Source: Bugula neritina (lineage: Eukaryota; Animalia; Bryozoa). From it: DNA of 64,000 nt. The notes beneath the pieces were generated by a model. That model was not told the DNA's origin, made no database searches, and saw only the letters and a program-made list of their open reading frames with translations. This document shows positions 10,090-22,414 of this stretch, piece by piece. Both the position numbers and the translations under genes were made by a program. The stretch spans positions 6,108,741-6,172,740 of the forward strand of contig OZ037768.1 in NCBI GenBank assembly GCA_964035545.1, written 5' to 3'. Each line of letters opens with the position of its first letter. Position 1 is the first letter of the stretch.

Positions 10090-12185
10090 GGAAAATACCT
10101 GAAGTACAAAGTATGGTAAGCGTGTATTTAATAAACAGCCTGGCGTTTAAACTTTTTGGTTTAGAGTAGATCACTAGGCATTAGACTTATAAATCAAAAT
10201 TTTGGGACCAAGCTTTCGATGGCTCTATTGTTATTCCTAAAGTACTTGTTTGTTTCAGTTTTGCCCAAGTCAAACTCGTTTACAATTACTTTTACTTTTA
10301 GTTTAATCAACATTGTATGTTTTTAATTATGATTATAATATTAATTATCATTATCATTATGATTATCCTATAGTAATTGGTATGTCTTGTGCTTTTTCAC
10401 TGCATTAGCTTTTACTATAGTTTGCTGTTTATACTTATTGTGCTTATGATTCAGATTGATTTCAAGTTGAGGTAAAAGTTGTGGCACTCAGTGACTCATC
10501 GCTCTCGGAGGCAAGTCAAACTACAGGTAAGGTTCAGGTTGAGGTTTAGTTTTCAATAATAATACTTTGACTACATTTAACGTGAAGTTCAATTTCATGT
10601 TGATATTGGCATTCACACTGACATGCAGATTGTCATTATCCTTGTAAGAAAGATTTGGATGCTCACAACATTGTGATTAAGTTGCACTTTGAGAGTGAAT
10701 TTCAAAGTATGAGTGACTGTCAATGTGAGTTTTGCCATCACCATGACTATCACTATCACTATCAATACCAGTATCACATTCACTATAAGTATCATAATAA
10801 TATTAATTGTTGTATTAATAATATTACTCATAATAAATTATCATTACACAGACATATTAGGTTCTTTCTTAAATAAAAAATCTTCTGCAGTTCACATGTG
10901 TGAAAGGTTCAAAGTTGTTACAAATCTCTCCCAGTGTGCAGATAGCTGCAGTGTCATTGCTTCAAGCAATTTTATTACAGCAATCATGTTATCTAACAAT
11001 AATGAAAACAAATTTGGATACAATTGTTATTTTAATATAAGAAAAAGAATTAATGTTATAAAAGTTATATATATTTATATAAAATTATGCGTTGATTATT
11101 AACTATACAAAATACTACTATCCTGTAAAGTGTAGCTGAAACATTTGGAAGCATCTTATAGGCTAATTCTTTAGGTGTACGAAAATAATTAGCGAAGCAA
11201 GTATAGTGTGTATTAAGGGTAAAATAAGAAACCTTCAACTGCCTTTAAATAAGGAGCTAATGTTAAATTTTGATATGCATACCAAAAAATACTTCTTGCC
11301 ATTATTTTCTATTCTTTATTTATCATTGTATTTTAATTGATTGTACAGAATGTGCCAAAACTATTGAATACTAGGCTTATAATAGTATAATAGCTAGTAT
11401 AATCAAGTTATAGAGATCCCTTAAAGTGCAAATACAAAAATAAGTTTTTAAATGGAAAAAAACTTTCGGCCATTTGTATTTTAAAAAACCTATATTAAAG
11501 CATGCCAGCTATGTTAAAAATTAGTTTGTTTTGCTTATTGGCAACTTCTTGCGATATTAGAAGACTAAAGACTTCCTTATTCTAATCAGCATAAATATAA
11601 TAACTTATTTATCGATAACCATTTTAAATGCAACAGTAATGATTTAAAATTGCTAGGTGGTGGAAAATCTTTTGATACAGAAAAAGTGAATGAGTTTTTA
11701 ATATACTGTTCTTTTTTCGTTACAAGTATCCATATACTGTTGAGCATTAAACAATTTAAAATTTTGTAATAGAAATTATAGAAAATACTAAAAAATTTGA
11801 TTGATTGTCTGAAATTTAAGTTATTAAATGAAGACCTTTTTTAATGCTAATAAAAGTTTGCATTATAAAAATGCGTTTAAGTTCATTCTGATTTATCATA
11901 CATTTTGATATTTACTGCCTTCTCTATTTCTGTGTTTAATCTTATGCCTCATAAATCCATTGATTTCTTTGAATTTTTAGACAATATTCTGCTATCACAT
12001 TTAATGAAGTGGACATGTGGTAAGTTGTGCTTTTTATGCTTCAATTTTAAACTTGTTGCTAATATATTATTTTGTCATTATGAGTATCAGTATTGTTAAG
12101 TTGAGCAAAAAATTGTTATGTGATTTAGGCTAGTAATCTTCTTCACTTATGAGATATGAAGTGTGTAAATAAATTATATTTTTAG

Positions 12186-15100
12186 GGAGCCGTTATCAAT
12201 AACATGTTCTGTCAATAGTACTCGCTACGATTCTAGCAAGGATGTCTCACTGCTGGGGAGTCCTGGTGGAGTCCACAAGGTGCAATACCATGTCTTCAAT
12301 CAAACTTTATCAAATACATACACATTTGTTTCATGTAGTCATAAGTACAAACAGAAACAAGTCAAAGTAACCCTCACAGATGAGTTTAATGTAACTCAAG
12401 GATCTACTCATTTAATTAGCTCAAAAGGTAAGCTCGAAATATCCTAAATAATTATAAACTAAGTTGGTGTCTTTTTGATTATAAATAATATGTTTTTTGT
12501 TTACTTCCATTAATTTGCTTTTTTAATTTGTAGGTTCATGCTGGATTGCAGTACAACTGAAACCAAAATCCACGTGTAGCATGTATTTAAACCTAAGAAT
12601 GGAATTTTTGGCAAGTAGCGGAAAGAAGCTTATCATTGTCAGACATATTAAATGCGACTACATGTCCTCTGAATATTTTAAAATGTTTGAACGTCTTGCA
12701 CCACAAGAACTTGATGAGGTGGAAGAAGAAAATGATGAGGTGTTTGATAACCTGCAAATCATTGAGTATTTTTCGGTAAGGAATATCAGTTTATCGATTT
12801 TAGAGGTAGGTGCATTAATGGAGAAATTGAGAAAAGCCTGTGTTCTAGATTACAAATGTAGCAAAAGAAGTTATGTTCTCATAAGAATTTCAACCTGCGC
12901 CTCAAACCAAAATTTAACAAAAAATTCAGGAACTCATGTTATCTCAATTTCTCTACCACTGCTCTTAAATGTGATTTTAGGTAAAAATGGCACAAATGGA
13001 AAAGTAGGTAAAAATGGCACACTTATGATGTTAAATTTGCCCAAATCCCAACCACAAACTTAAACCCCCAAACTCAAATATTGAAAACATGCCATTTTTA
13101 CCTACTTTTCCATTTGTGCTATTTTTACTGGACACACAGCTCACCATTTGCATTGCTACATGTATAGGGGAAGTTCAAAAAATCTGTAATTGACTGTTTA
13201 AGTAATAAAACTGTCAATATTTTTTGCATAAAATTTTGCAGCCCATGGAATCACTTTTGAAGAGCACACTAGAACTTAAACCGTATGATATACCAGTTGA
13301 GATTCAAAAAATTAAAATTACCAAGTTTGAGCCCAAACAGATGGAAAAACTCAGGTAAATTATGCTAGCAATTCAGTTTTTTTGTTAAATTATTCATTTT
13401 GTGTTCTGTGAGAATTTTTAATGGGTGGTTTCTTACTGTATAGTAAGATAAAAGTTTGCTCATATTTCTATTATTATATAAATCAAAAAATCAATTTACA
13501 TAAAAAGAAAATTTCACCAATGCTGTGCATGACTTGGTAAAATTCACAATTTCTCCATTACTACACATACCTTTAATGTGTTAGCATAGTAGCAACTAAT
13601 TACTGTATGCAGGTTTGTAAACTAATATTAAAATTATAAAATTAACCACATTAGGAAACCTGCATATCAATAAGAAGTATCAAGGTGAAGAGGCTACTAT
13701 TTGATGCAAAGAAGAGTACATTTATTAGTAATAAACCATTATTTAATCATAAAATCGTGTTAAAACTTGTATGATGATTTTAGAGAGAAGTTAAACATTC
13801 AAAGGCTCACCTACAAGAACTACAACCAATACTTTCAAACTTTGATATATTTAGAAGAGGTCCAAATGGTGAAAGACATTCGGCAATATACCATTAAAAG
13901 AACAACTATGGTAAAAGATCGCAAAGATTATAAAGCAGGGATTCCTCGCTACAGGCTTCAGGTAACTTTTAATGTTTCTGCTTTTGCTAAAGCACATTTT
14001 GACAGACAATTGACTGACACACATGCACACACATACACGCGCGCGCGCACACACACACACTAGAAATAAATAAATGAGAAACATCTGATAGGCATTGTAT
14101 TGAGTTACTTTAAATAATATGTTTGGGTTTTAAGCTGCTAATGTTTAAAGCTTCATGTGTTAGTAGAATTTTATCAGTTTATTTTCCGTATACTGGCATA
14201 GGATAATTTTTTTATTGCCTACTGTATAGTCATGAGGTTGATAACTAGCATTGTTATATTTTCACATAATCAGTTATTCGATTAGATTAAATCATTTTAT
14301 GTGTGGCATTCCTGTACACATTGCTTCAGGTGCCGGGGCTGGCTGAAAGAAAGCCTTCAGTGTTGCGCGGAGACAAGCTGCATGTTGCACCACTCCCACC
14401 TGACCAATATAAATATGCAGGATTGGTCTATGATACTTCACAGAACGATGCTTATTTGGTGTTTGACCCAAGGTATGGTTGCATAAATTGCCTTATGTAA
14501 ATTTTCTGAATAAAACATAATGTCCATCTTTCTATCGAAGCATAATTAAAAGATGCGTTGATTCAAGCCAGATTTCTCAAACAACTCTAAGAGTTTTGAA
14601 CTTTGCCTAATGTTAAACAGTTTGAATAAAGTATGTGGTTAACATGATCAATTCATGATCATGGTTAAGAGATCCCAATTATAGAATTATCTTTGCTCAG
14701 GAGAAAGTAAGATCATCATAAGTCAAGATCTGTACAGCGGCTATTTCTGTGGCCTACATCTTTGCAATGAAAAAAACAATTTTTCTACCAAGCATCTTTA
14801 AAAGGCATATTGTGGTAAATATTAGAGTTACCCTCCCTTGTTACACACCACCATAAGAACGCCAATCTAACAGTAACTATTATAACTAGCATTGCCCTTT
14901 TCCCCTCTTCTAATTATACTTCACACTTGGTTGAAACGCATTTTTGTTGACTCATGTAAACCGACAGTTGGACCGAGTTCGGCTCGTGGATGCCGACAGA
15001 CCGAATGTCAGTTGCCGAAATGACCAGTGTCGGTTGCCGACATGATGACTGTTGGCTTACCCGACCGAACTTCAGCCCGCTGTCGGTCAAAGGTTCTGGA

Positions 15101-18100
15101 AGCCTTTTGTCCTGTTAATATAAAAGGAAGCCCATTTCGAGCTTCAGTCACTTGAAGACTGGAGCTCGGACTGGAAGGATCAAGACTACAATAAAGATAC
15201 AGCACACACACTATTTCAACACTCTCTCTTGTCTCTTCTATAACAAGGAGTTATTTTCTCTGCCTGATTCCATTCAATAACCCACAAACTACTACAATAT
15301 TAATTTAAGCTAGAGTAGCATATATCATGTAGTACTTATTTTAATGCAATATTTTGTAGGTTCAAAGACGATGTGGATGTAGATTCAAAAGAGTTTAGAG
15401 TTGAGTTCATAGTAGATCGCCTGATAAGGAAGTTAATGCATAGAGCTGTCGACATGATGAGCATCAATTCTGATTTAGAGCATGTTCTTTTTCCTAAGAA
15501 ACCAACCATTCTGCCAGTAAAAGAACCCAACGATGTGGATATTGAGTAAGTAATAAAAGTTATACCACTACTTTTATTAGACTAGGCGTCGGTATACTGT
15601 TAATTCATTCAAACATTTCAGTCTTATTTGGCTAATAAATACACTTAATGAATTATCCATTGCCGCATATGTTTTTATAATTTTAAGTAGTTTGAACCTA
15701 AAATATGCAGCTTACTTTTATTCAAAAGTTTTCAGCAATCTATTACTTTGAATTAAATTCTGTGAATTGTGTAAAAATGAGAAAATTTGGGTCATCTCTA
15801 ATTTAGATGTTTTGAAAAAGGAGTTGAAGACAATTGGGATCAAATGAATGCTGTGAAGCGTATTCTCTGCCAAACATCTCAGCCTGCCCCCTACATCATT
15901 TATGGTCCTCCAGGAACAGGCAAAACCACTACACTTGTTGAGGCAATTAAGCAAGTATGGTGAATTTAATAGTTATTAATACTATTGTTTTATTTCTGTA
16001 AAAAATACAAAACAGTAATATTAACAAAATTTAAGCAACAATAAACAAAGTTAATTATTATAGTGTGTAAACTTGGGCAGACATGGTGTTTTTTATTTCC
16101 TTGCTATATGGGGTAGGGATTGACAATGCCAATTTCAAAAACAACGAATGGGTGTGAACATATGGCACTTTAAACTAACACATAGCTCAAAAGATGCTAA
16201 TATAATGTACTAATAAGCAATTTATATCTAAAGTCAAGTCTAATCAATTTGTATACTTTTCTGCCAGGTTTGTAAGAGAGATCCGGAGTCGAAAGTACTG
16301 GTATGTGCTCCTCAAAATTATGCTGCTGATCTTATAACTGAGCTGCTGTTGGAGGAAAAGTTTCTGTCTAATTCTCTCCTCAGGTTCAATGCTGTTTCTA
16401 GAAGTTGCTTCGATATATCCGATCAAGTGAGGGCTTTATGTATATCATCATTACTGGCTCAATCCAGTCACTGTTTGTTATTTTCAAGAGTGAACTCCAC
16501 TAAAAAAATTGAATCTGAAGAAATTTGTCTTCTACCAACATGCAATTTGTCGGACTAAACTTGTTGTACATACATGGAATATGTAGTTGATGTTTCTGTA
16601 TTTCATCAGATATTGAGAGTTTCCAATTGCACAGAAAAAGGTGATAAATTGATGCTCCCCCCAAAGTCAGATATTGCCAAGAATCAGATCGTTGTGTCTA
16701 CCTTAATCGCTTCCGGAAGGTATGTTGAACCAAATATATTTTTAAATTTATACAATTTGGTATAACTTTTTTTGAAAATATTTTAGAAGGTAAAGGTAAA
16801 AAAAATTATTAACCCCTGGTAATCAGGCTTTAAAGCTTTCTAACTTTTGATGAATGTTATTTCTCAAATTCATTTTTGTCTGGTTAGCAAAGCTTCCAAA
16901 CTCTAAAGCAAAGTGAAGTTATGGAACACGCATGTCACTAACTTTAGAGAACAAAATGATTTTAAAATTACCTTATAGTTTAATAGGAATGCATAATACA
17001 GTATTAATATACATTAAATGGTAAACTTTTGCAGTTAAACAAATTTTGTGATGATAAGTAAAACATCTGAGCATGATTTAGATGGGTTTTTATATCATAC
17101 TTTTGATTCTTTTCAATAATTGCATGCAAGAAAACTCATTTAGGCTTCATAAGACAAGCACTTGCTTAAGTACTTAATAACATTGCTTTTATGGATGATT
17201 TAATACTTTATTTTTAGTAATTATAGTTTATCATTGATTCTTTCGTTTAAAGAAAAATTTAGATTTGCTTTTTAACAAGTTTTTTAGCTTGCATGTGCTC
17301 TGGCGTTGTTTATTTGTATTTTGTTAAAATCATACATGTAAGAATTATTATTAATTTGAAAGTTTTTAATGCAAATCTTAAATTCGATTTGCCTAATTAT
17401 AGAATGCAATACTGTATTTTTACAGACTTGTGTCAGCAGATTTGAATGACCACTTCACTCATCTGTTTATTGATGAAGCTGGGTTTGCCACTGAACCTGA
17501 GACTGCTATACCTCTTGCGTTACTAGATCCCACGAAAGGTCAGCTGGTGTTAGCTGGTGATCCTGAACAGCTTGGCCCTATTCTCAGATCTTCTTTGGCA
17601 ATTTCTAATAGATTAGGTAAATTATTGACTAATATCTGTCTTTAATTTGAGCTACAAAATATAAAGTTAGCTTGCTGTGAATTAATATCGTTTTTGCAGA
17701 TATGAGTTTACTAGAGCGATTGATGAACACAACAAGTGGCCCATATGTCAAGGACAAACACGGTTCTTACGACAACAAATATGTGACAAAACTCAAGCAG
17801 AGTTTTAGGTCACATCCAGACATATTGAAGGTGCCCAATGAGCTCTTTTATCAGTCAGAATTACAACCATGTGGGAATAAAAAAGATGTTGAAGAGCTCT
17901 GTGACTGCGAGGTAGCTTCAAGTATTTATCTTTTTTTAGTGAAAGCCACAAAATACTATCTAGTTTTATGCCATTTCTTTCAACAGCTTTTAGGTGAAAT
18001 TAACTCGAATTATTAAAACTTGAAAATTGAATTTAAAAAAGCAGTTTTGTGAAAGTGGTTTCAGTGATCTTGACCAGCTCAGAGATAGTGTGTTGAGGGA

Positions 18101-18337
18101 CAGCAAGTCATAGACAATAACATAGGATAAAGAGAGTTGAGAGGTTATAACCTGTACATGCACCCTACCATACTTAAAGTGTTCTTCACTAGTGTGCTAT
18201 GGTAGTCTAAATCACTCCAACACTAAACTTTATTCACAATTTTCTTTGCTACTATTGATGATGGAATTATAAAATATTTATTAATGATAGTTTTTACCAA
18301 GTTATTGAAACAGCTATAATTGCAGATTATTAAATAG

Positions 18338-18381
<44 letters not shown>

Positions 18382-21300
18382 AGCCTGATACTAAAATTAT
18401 TTGTATGTTTAATCTGATTTTTTATCAAAAATTTGAGTAGTTTGTCATCTAGTACTTTTATAACTATTTCATTGGCGTATAAGTTTTTACTTGATGCAGT
18501 TTCTCTTATGTTCTTTAGTTGTTACCCAAAAAAGGCTTTCCATTGATATTTCACCGAGTTGACGGTCGTGAGGAACAAGAAAAATCTAGCCCTTCATGGT
18601 TTAATCGTCTCGAGGTGATTGAAGTCATCAATTATGTTAAAAAACTAATTTTTGGACCTTCAAAAGTTGCACCTGAGGATATTGGAATAATCTCCCCATA
18701 CATTCAGCAGGTTGGTGGAACTACCTGAGCTATATTTATAATCAAGCAGATTTATTTATAGTACTCTGTAATAATATAGTGCTATATAATATATTACTGT
18801 ATAATATAGTACTGTGTAATATAGTACTGTATAATGTAGTACTGTATAATGTAGTGCTGTATAATATAGTACTGTATAATATATTACTGTGTAATATAGT
18901 ACTGTATAATATAGTACTGTGTAATATAGTACTGTGTAATATAGTACTGTGTAATATAGTACTGTGTAATATAGTACTGTGTAATATAGTACTGTATAAT
19001 ATAGTACTGTGTAATATAGTACTGTGTAATATAGTACTGAATAATATAGTACTGTGTAATATAGTACTGTGTAATATAGTACTGAACTGGTGTTGAGAGT
19101 GCTAGGATATCAAAATGTTTATACAAAATATTTAAATAATCTGACAGAACGTTGCCATCTTTTATTTGAAGTACAATTTTTGTTGTTTATTATTGTTTTA
19201 CGGAATTTGGCATGTGTAAATTAATTTTACTAATTTTTTGATAATTACAAGACACTCTAAGTTATTTGATTAAACTGAAATGCTAAAATCACCAGCTGTG
19301 AACAACACTGTCTGCACACTATTTGTTTTGTGAGCATACCATTACAAAACCTTACACGTTAACATATATATATATATAAATTTGATAGGTGAGAAAGATT
19401 AGGCAGGCTTTGAACGATGAAATCAGTGAAGAGGATTTGGCACAAATAGCTGCCCATACTGATGAGATAACTCTGGGGTCAGTTGAGAAGTTTCAGGGAA
19501 ATGAACGAAAAGTTATCATTTTGACCACTGTGAGAGGTGATGCCTCTAATTTTAAACAGGATGTGAAGTTCAATATTGGCTTCCTGAAGAGCCCAAAGGT
19601 GTGTGAAATCTCAAAGTAAAAACTAACTTTTACTTCCAATTGGTTTTTTTTGCTCTCATAGTATCTGTTCCAGTTCAATTTTACTTTTTTTGCAAGACTG
19701 TTATGATTTTAAAAACTTGCTAATCTTTCGAACATAAATTTTTTTAGGCATTTCATATAATTGTGATTTTTCAGGTGTTCTAAAGAAATTTCAAAGTAGT
19801 TTCTAAGGACTTGTGATTCTGGTATATCATACTTATTGGTCTTCACTTATCTGGAAGTGCAGTTGAACAGCTGTTATAATATACTTCATAATTTGATCTT
19901 TAATTCAAATTAGACTTGGATCTTTTTCTAGTTCAGTACTACTGGCTTATTCCGTAGCTGCTATGTGTTGTTCTTCCACCAGTTTGTCTTTCAGATAGAC
20001 TATATATGTAATAGCAGGATTTCTCAAGCTGGACCATGTTGTTACATTCCCATGTCATATTTGTTTCCTGTTTGTTTTCTTTCTTCCTGACCATGCCAGA
20101 TCTTTTTCTTCTTTTGAGACTTATTTATTGACTAGTCCTCTGCTCTGTGTACTGCAACTTCCTCCTCTCAATGTTTATTTGGAGCCCTTTCAAATCTTGC
20201 TATAGAAACTGTTCAATAAACAATTTCATTGCAAATAGTTGTATATAGTGAAGTAAAATGAAGCTTTACAATCTCCTAAAATAGTGTGAATTTAGCAAAA
20301 GTTTGGGTTGAAAATTACAGTTCTTACCTTTCATGAGAATTTTTTTTGTTACTTCTTGCAAAATTATCTACTTTACACAAAAGTGATATTATGAAGTTTC
20401 ATGAAGGCATGCCATAAGTTGCCTTGGCCTGGTATTTAATTATTATGGTTTAGAAATTTATGTTTCAGAGGTTTAATGTGGCCATCACCAGAGCAAAAGC
20501 CCTCCTCATAGTAATTGGTAATCCAATAATTCTCTGTACAGACGACAAGTGGAGGAGGTAGGTGCAGAACAGTTTACAAAATTAGTAGTTTTATTTGATA
20601 TTATAATTAGCATATACATTTATAATCTGTAATATTATACTGCAGGTAGACATTGCATCAGTTTTCTGGTTATGGATGGTATTCAATATGTATACGCATC
20701 TCTGAACATTTATATACGTGACTATTCAATATAATATATTCATCGCTATTCATCTTTTACTGCGTTGTAATAGCAGCTACAGCTATTGACTGTTCCAGAG
20801 TGTTACGCTTTGCTCACACTGCAAGGGGACAACACATAGCTATCTAGCTTGCAGTTGTTACCAACCTAATCTCTAAGTCAATAGAAATGCAGTGCAAATT
20901 TTTTGCTAAACTAAAGGCACCACTTTTAGCTGTAGTGTAAACTAGTCATTGGACTATTAACTTTTACAGCAAGTCTGGGCTTGGTTTGGTCATATTATAT
21001 GTTTTTATATATTGAGTTGAGAGAAACATTTACATCTGTGTCTCTGATACTACAGCCTGATAAGACATATTGTGTCTAATGGAGGTTACATTGGTGATCC
21101 GATTCCAGAGCAGCTGCTTGATGAGAGTGGAATTCGGCAACTAACAGAGGAGATGAATGGTGCTTCAATCAATGAAAGCTGTGAAGGTAACTTCCTAAGT
21201 TTCACATTCGTTTTATTATTAATTTTGTTCATAGTTGAAGTATAAACTCTGTTAGATACTTGAAGTATTTTATAGCTGGAATATAATTTTTTTAATATTT

Positions 21301-21949
21301 TGATATTGGCTCAATTTTTTCGATAAAAATGTGATAAATATGTAAAGTGGAAACATTGTGGGTAAAATATTTTATTCTAAAGCTAAAAGAAAATATACAC
21401 CTAAGTTTCTGCCTTCGTTTGATCATCTTTGAAAAGTTCTACTATTGTAAAATTTCATTTTAATTCACCTTTCTGTTGTTAAACTACTGTATATGCCCAA
21501 AATATGTTAGTGATATATAGTGTAAAACTTTGATGATAAAAATTTAAACATGGTTGCTATTCTTATTTTTGGGGTTTTTTACTTTTACCTCTTACTATAT
21601 ATTTACAAACTCATTAATTCAACCAATGATCTTAATTTAGCCACAGAATTCTAGTTTTATTGAAAATACTGCAAAACATTCTATATAACCAAATATTTTA
21701 TATAACCAGTTATCTATTGATGTTTTTAATTTTTTCTTTTTACATTTAAATGAAGCATAAAGTTTGTGCAAAAATTTAATGCTTTATTGATTTAAAGTCT
21801 TAAACAGTTTTAAAAATATGTACTACCAAGTTAATACAATTTTATGCATAAAATAAGAAGTATACCTTATGGGTGATTTTCTTGTAGCAACTGGAAGAAG
21901 TAACTTTATGTTGCATCAAGATGATACATTTGAAAGAGATCATGTCTAA
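12186..21949 (+). CDS. MOV10: MOV10-like SF1 (UPF1-like) RNA helicase, paralog A (about 870 aa)
   Basis: Exons 12186-12427, 12534-12775, 13242-13354, 13784-13961, 14330-14472, 15360-15545, 15807-15954, 16268-16426, 16610-16719, 17426-17616, 17700-17911, 18519-18710, 19389-19598, 20469-20557, 21056-21186, 21888-21949 (TAA), all phase-compatible. Motifs [65 protein letters not shown]. Start codon uncertain; candidate ATG TG|gtaagt at 12015-12019. Confidence 0.9.
12813..12961. mobile_element. ~150-bp MITE, TIR approximately CAGTRATRGAGAAAT (copy 1)
   Basis: Terminal inverted repeats; homologous copies at 32761-32917 and, inverted, 36360-36496. Confidence 0.65.
12969..13135. mobile_element. Foldback/MITE-like repeat, GGTAAAAATGGCACA family (copy 2)
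   Basis: Long inverted arms GGTAAAAATGGCACAAATGGAAAAGTAGGTAAAAATGGCA / TGCCATTTTTACCTACTTTTCCATTTGTGC; similar to 51-270. Confidence 0.65.
14811..15296 (+). mobile_element. Solo LTR, 486 bp
   Basis: Termini TGTGGTA...TACTACA, 4-bp TSD ATAT on both sides, TATAAAA at 15119, AATAAA at 15190, GC-richer than the host intron. Confidence 0.7.
18766..19085. repeat. 15-bp minisatellite (TAATATAGTACTGTR)n
   Basis: About 21 tandem units; explains the spurious NIVLC and YYITQ ORFs. Confidence 0.9.
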
Positions 21950-22271
21950 ACCTTCACCTGTAAAGACTCCTAAAAGTTTATGCTAGGCGCAGACTTGTAG
22001 GTTTTTTTTAATCGTTTCATTTTGCAGATAAACCATTTCTTCTGCTACAAATATTCTATATAGCTAGGGCTGTTTAAAAATTTTGCTTTAATGTACTTGA
22101 CTCAAGCCCCTAGTATTCTGCTTGAAGGTTTATTGTTGAGCAATTACTACAGGCTGTGAACATCTAAGAGCTAGATATGCTGTTTTATTTATCTGCTTGG
22201 GAGTTTTATGTTCTGCTTAAAAGCTTATTTTTGTAAAATATTATATGAATTATATATGAATACATATATGA

Positions 22272-22414
<143 letters not shown>

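Noticed and set aside
10113-10527. ATG at 10113 plus exon 10455-10527 as the coding start of paralog A
   Set aside because: In-frame stops follow; more likely 5' UTR exons or a uORF.
10613-11102. Hydrophobic and His-rich ORFs
   Set aside because: Products of a low-complexity periodic repeat.
18766-19126. CRISPR-like array or repeat protein (NIVLC/YYITQ)
   Set aside because: Head-to-tail 15-mers with no unique spacers, inside a eukaryotic intron.
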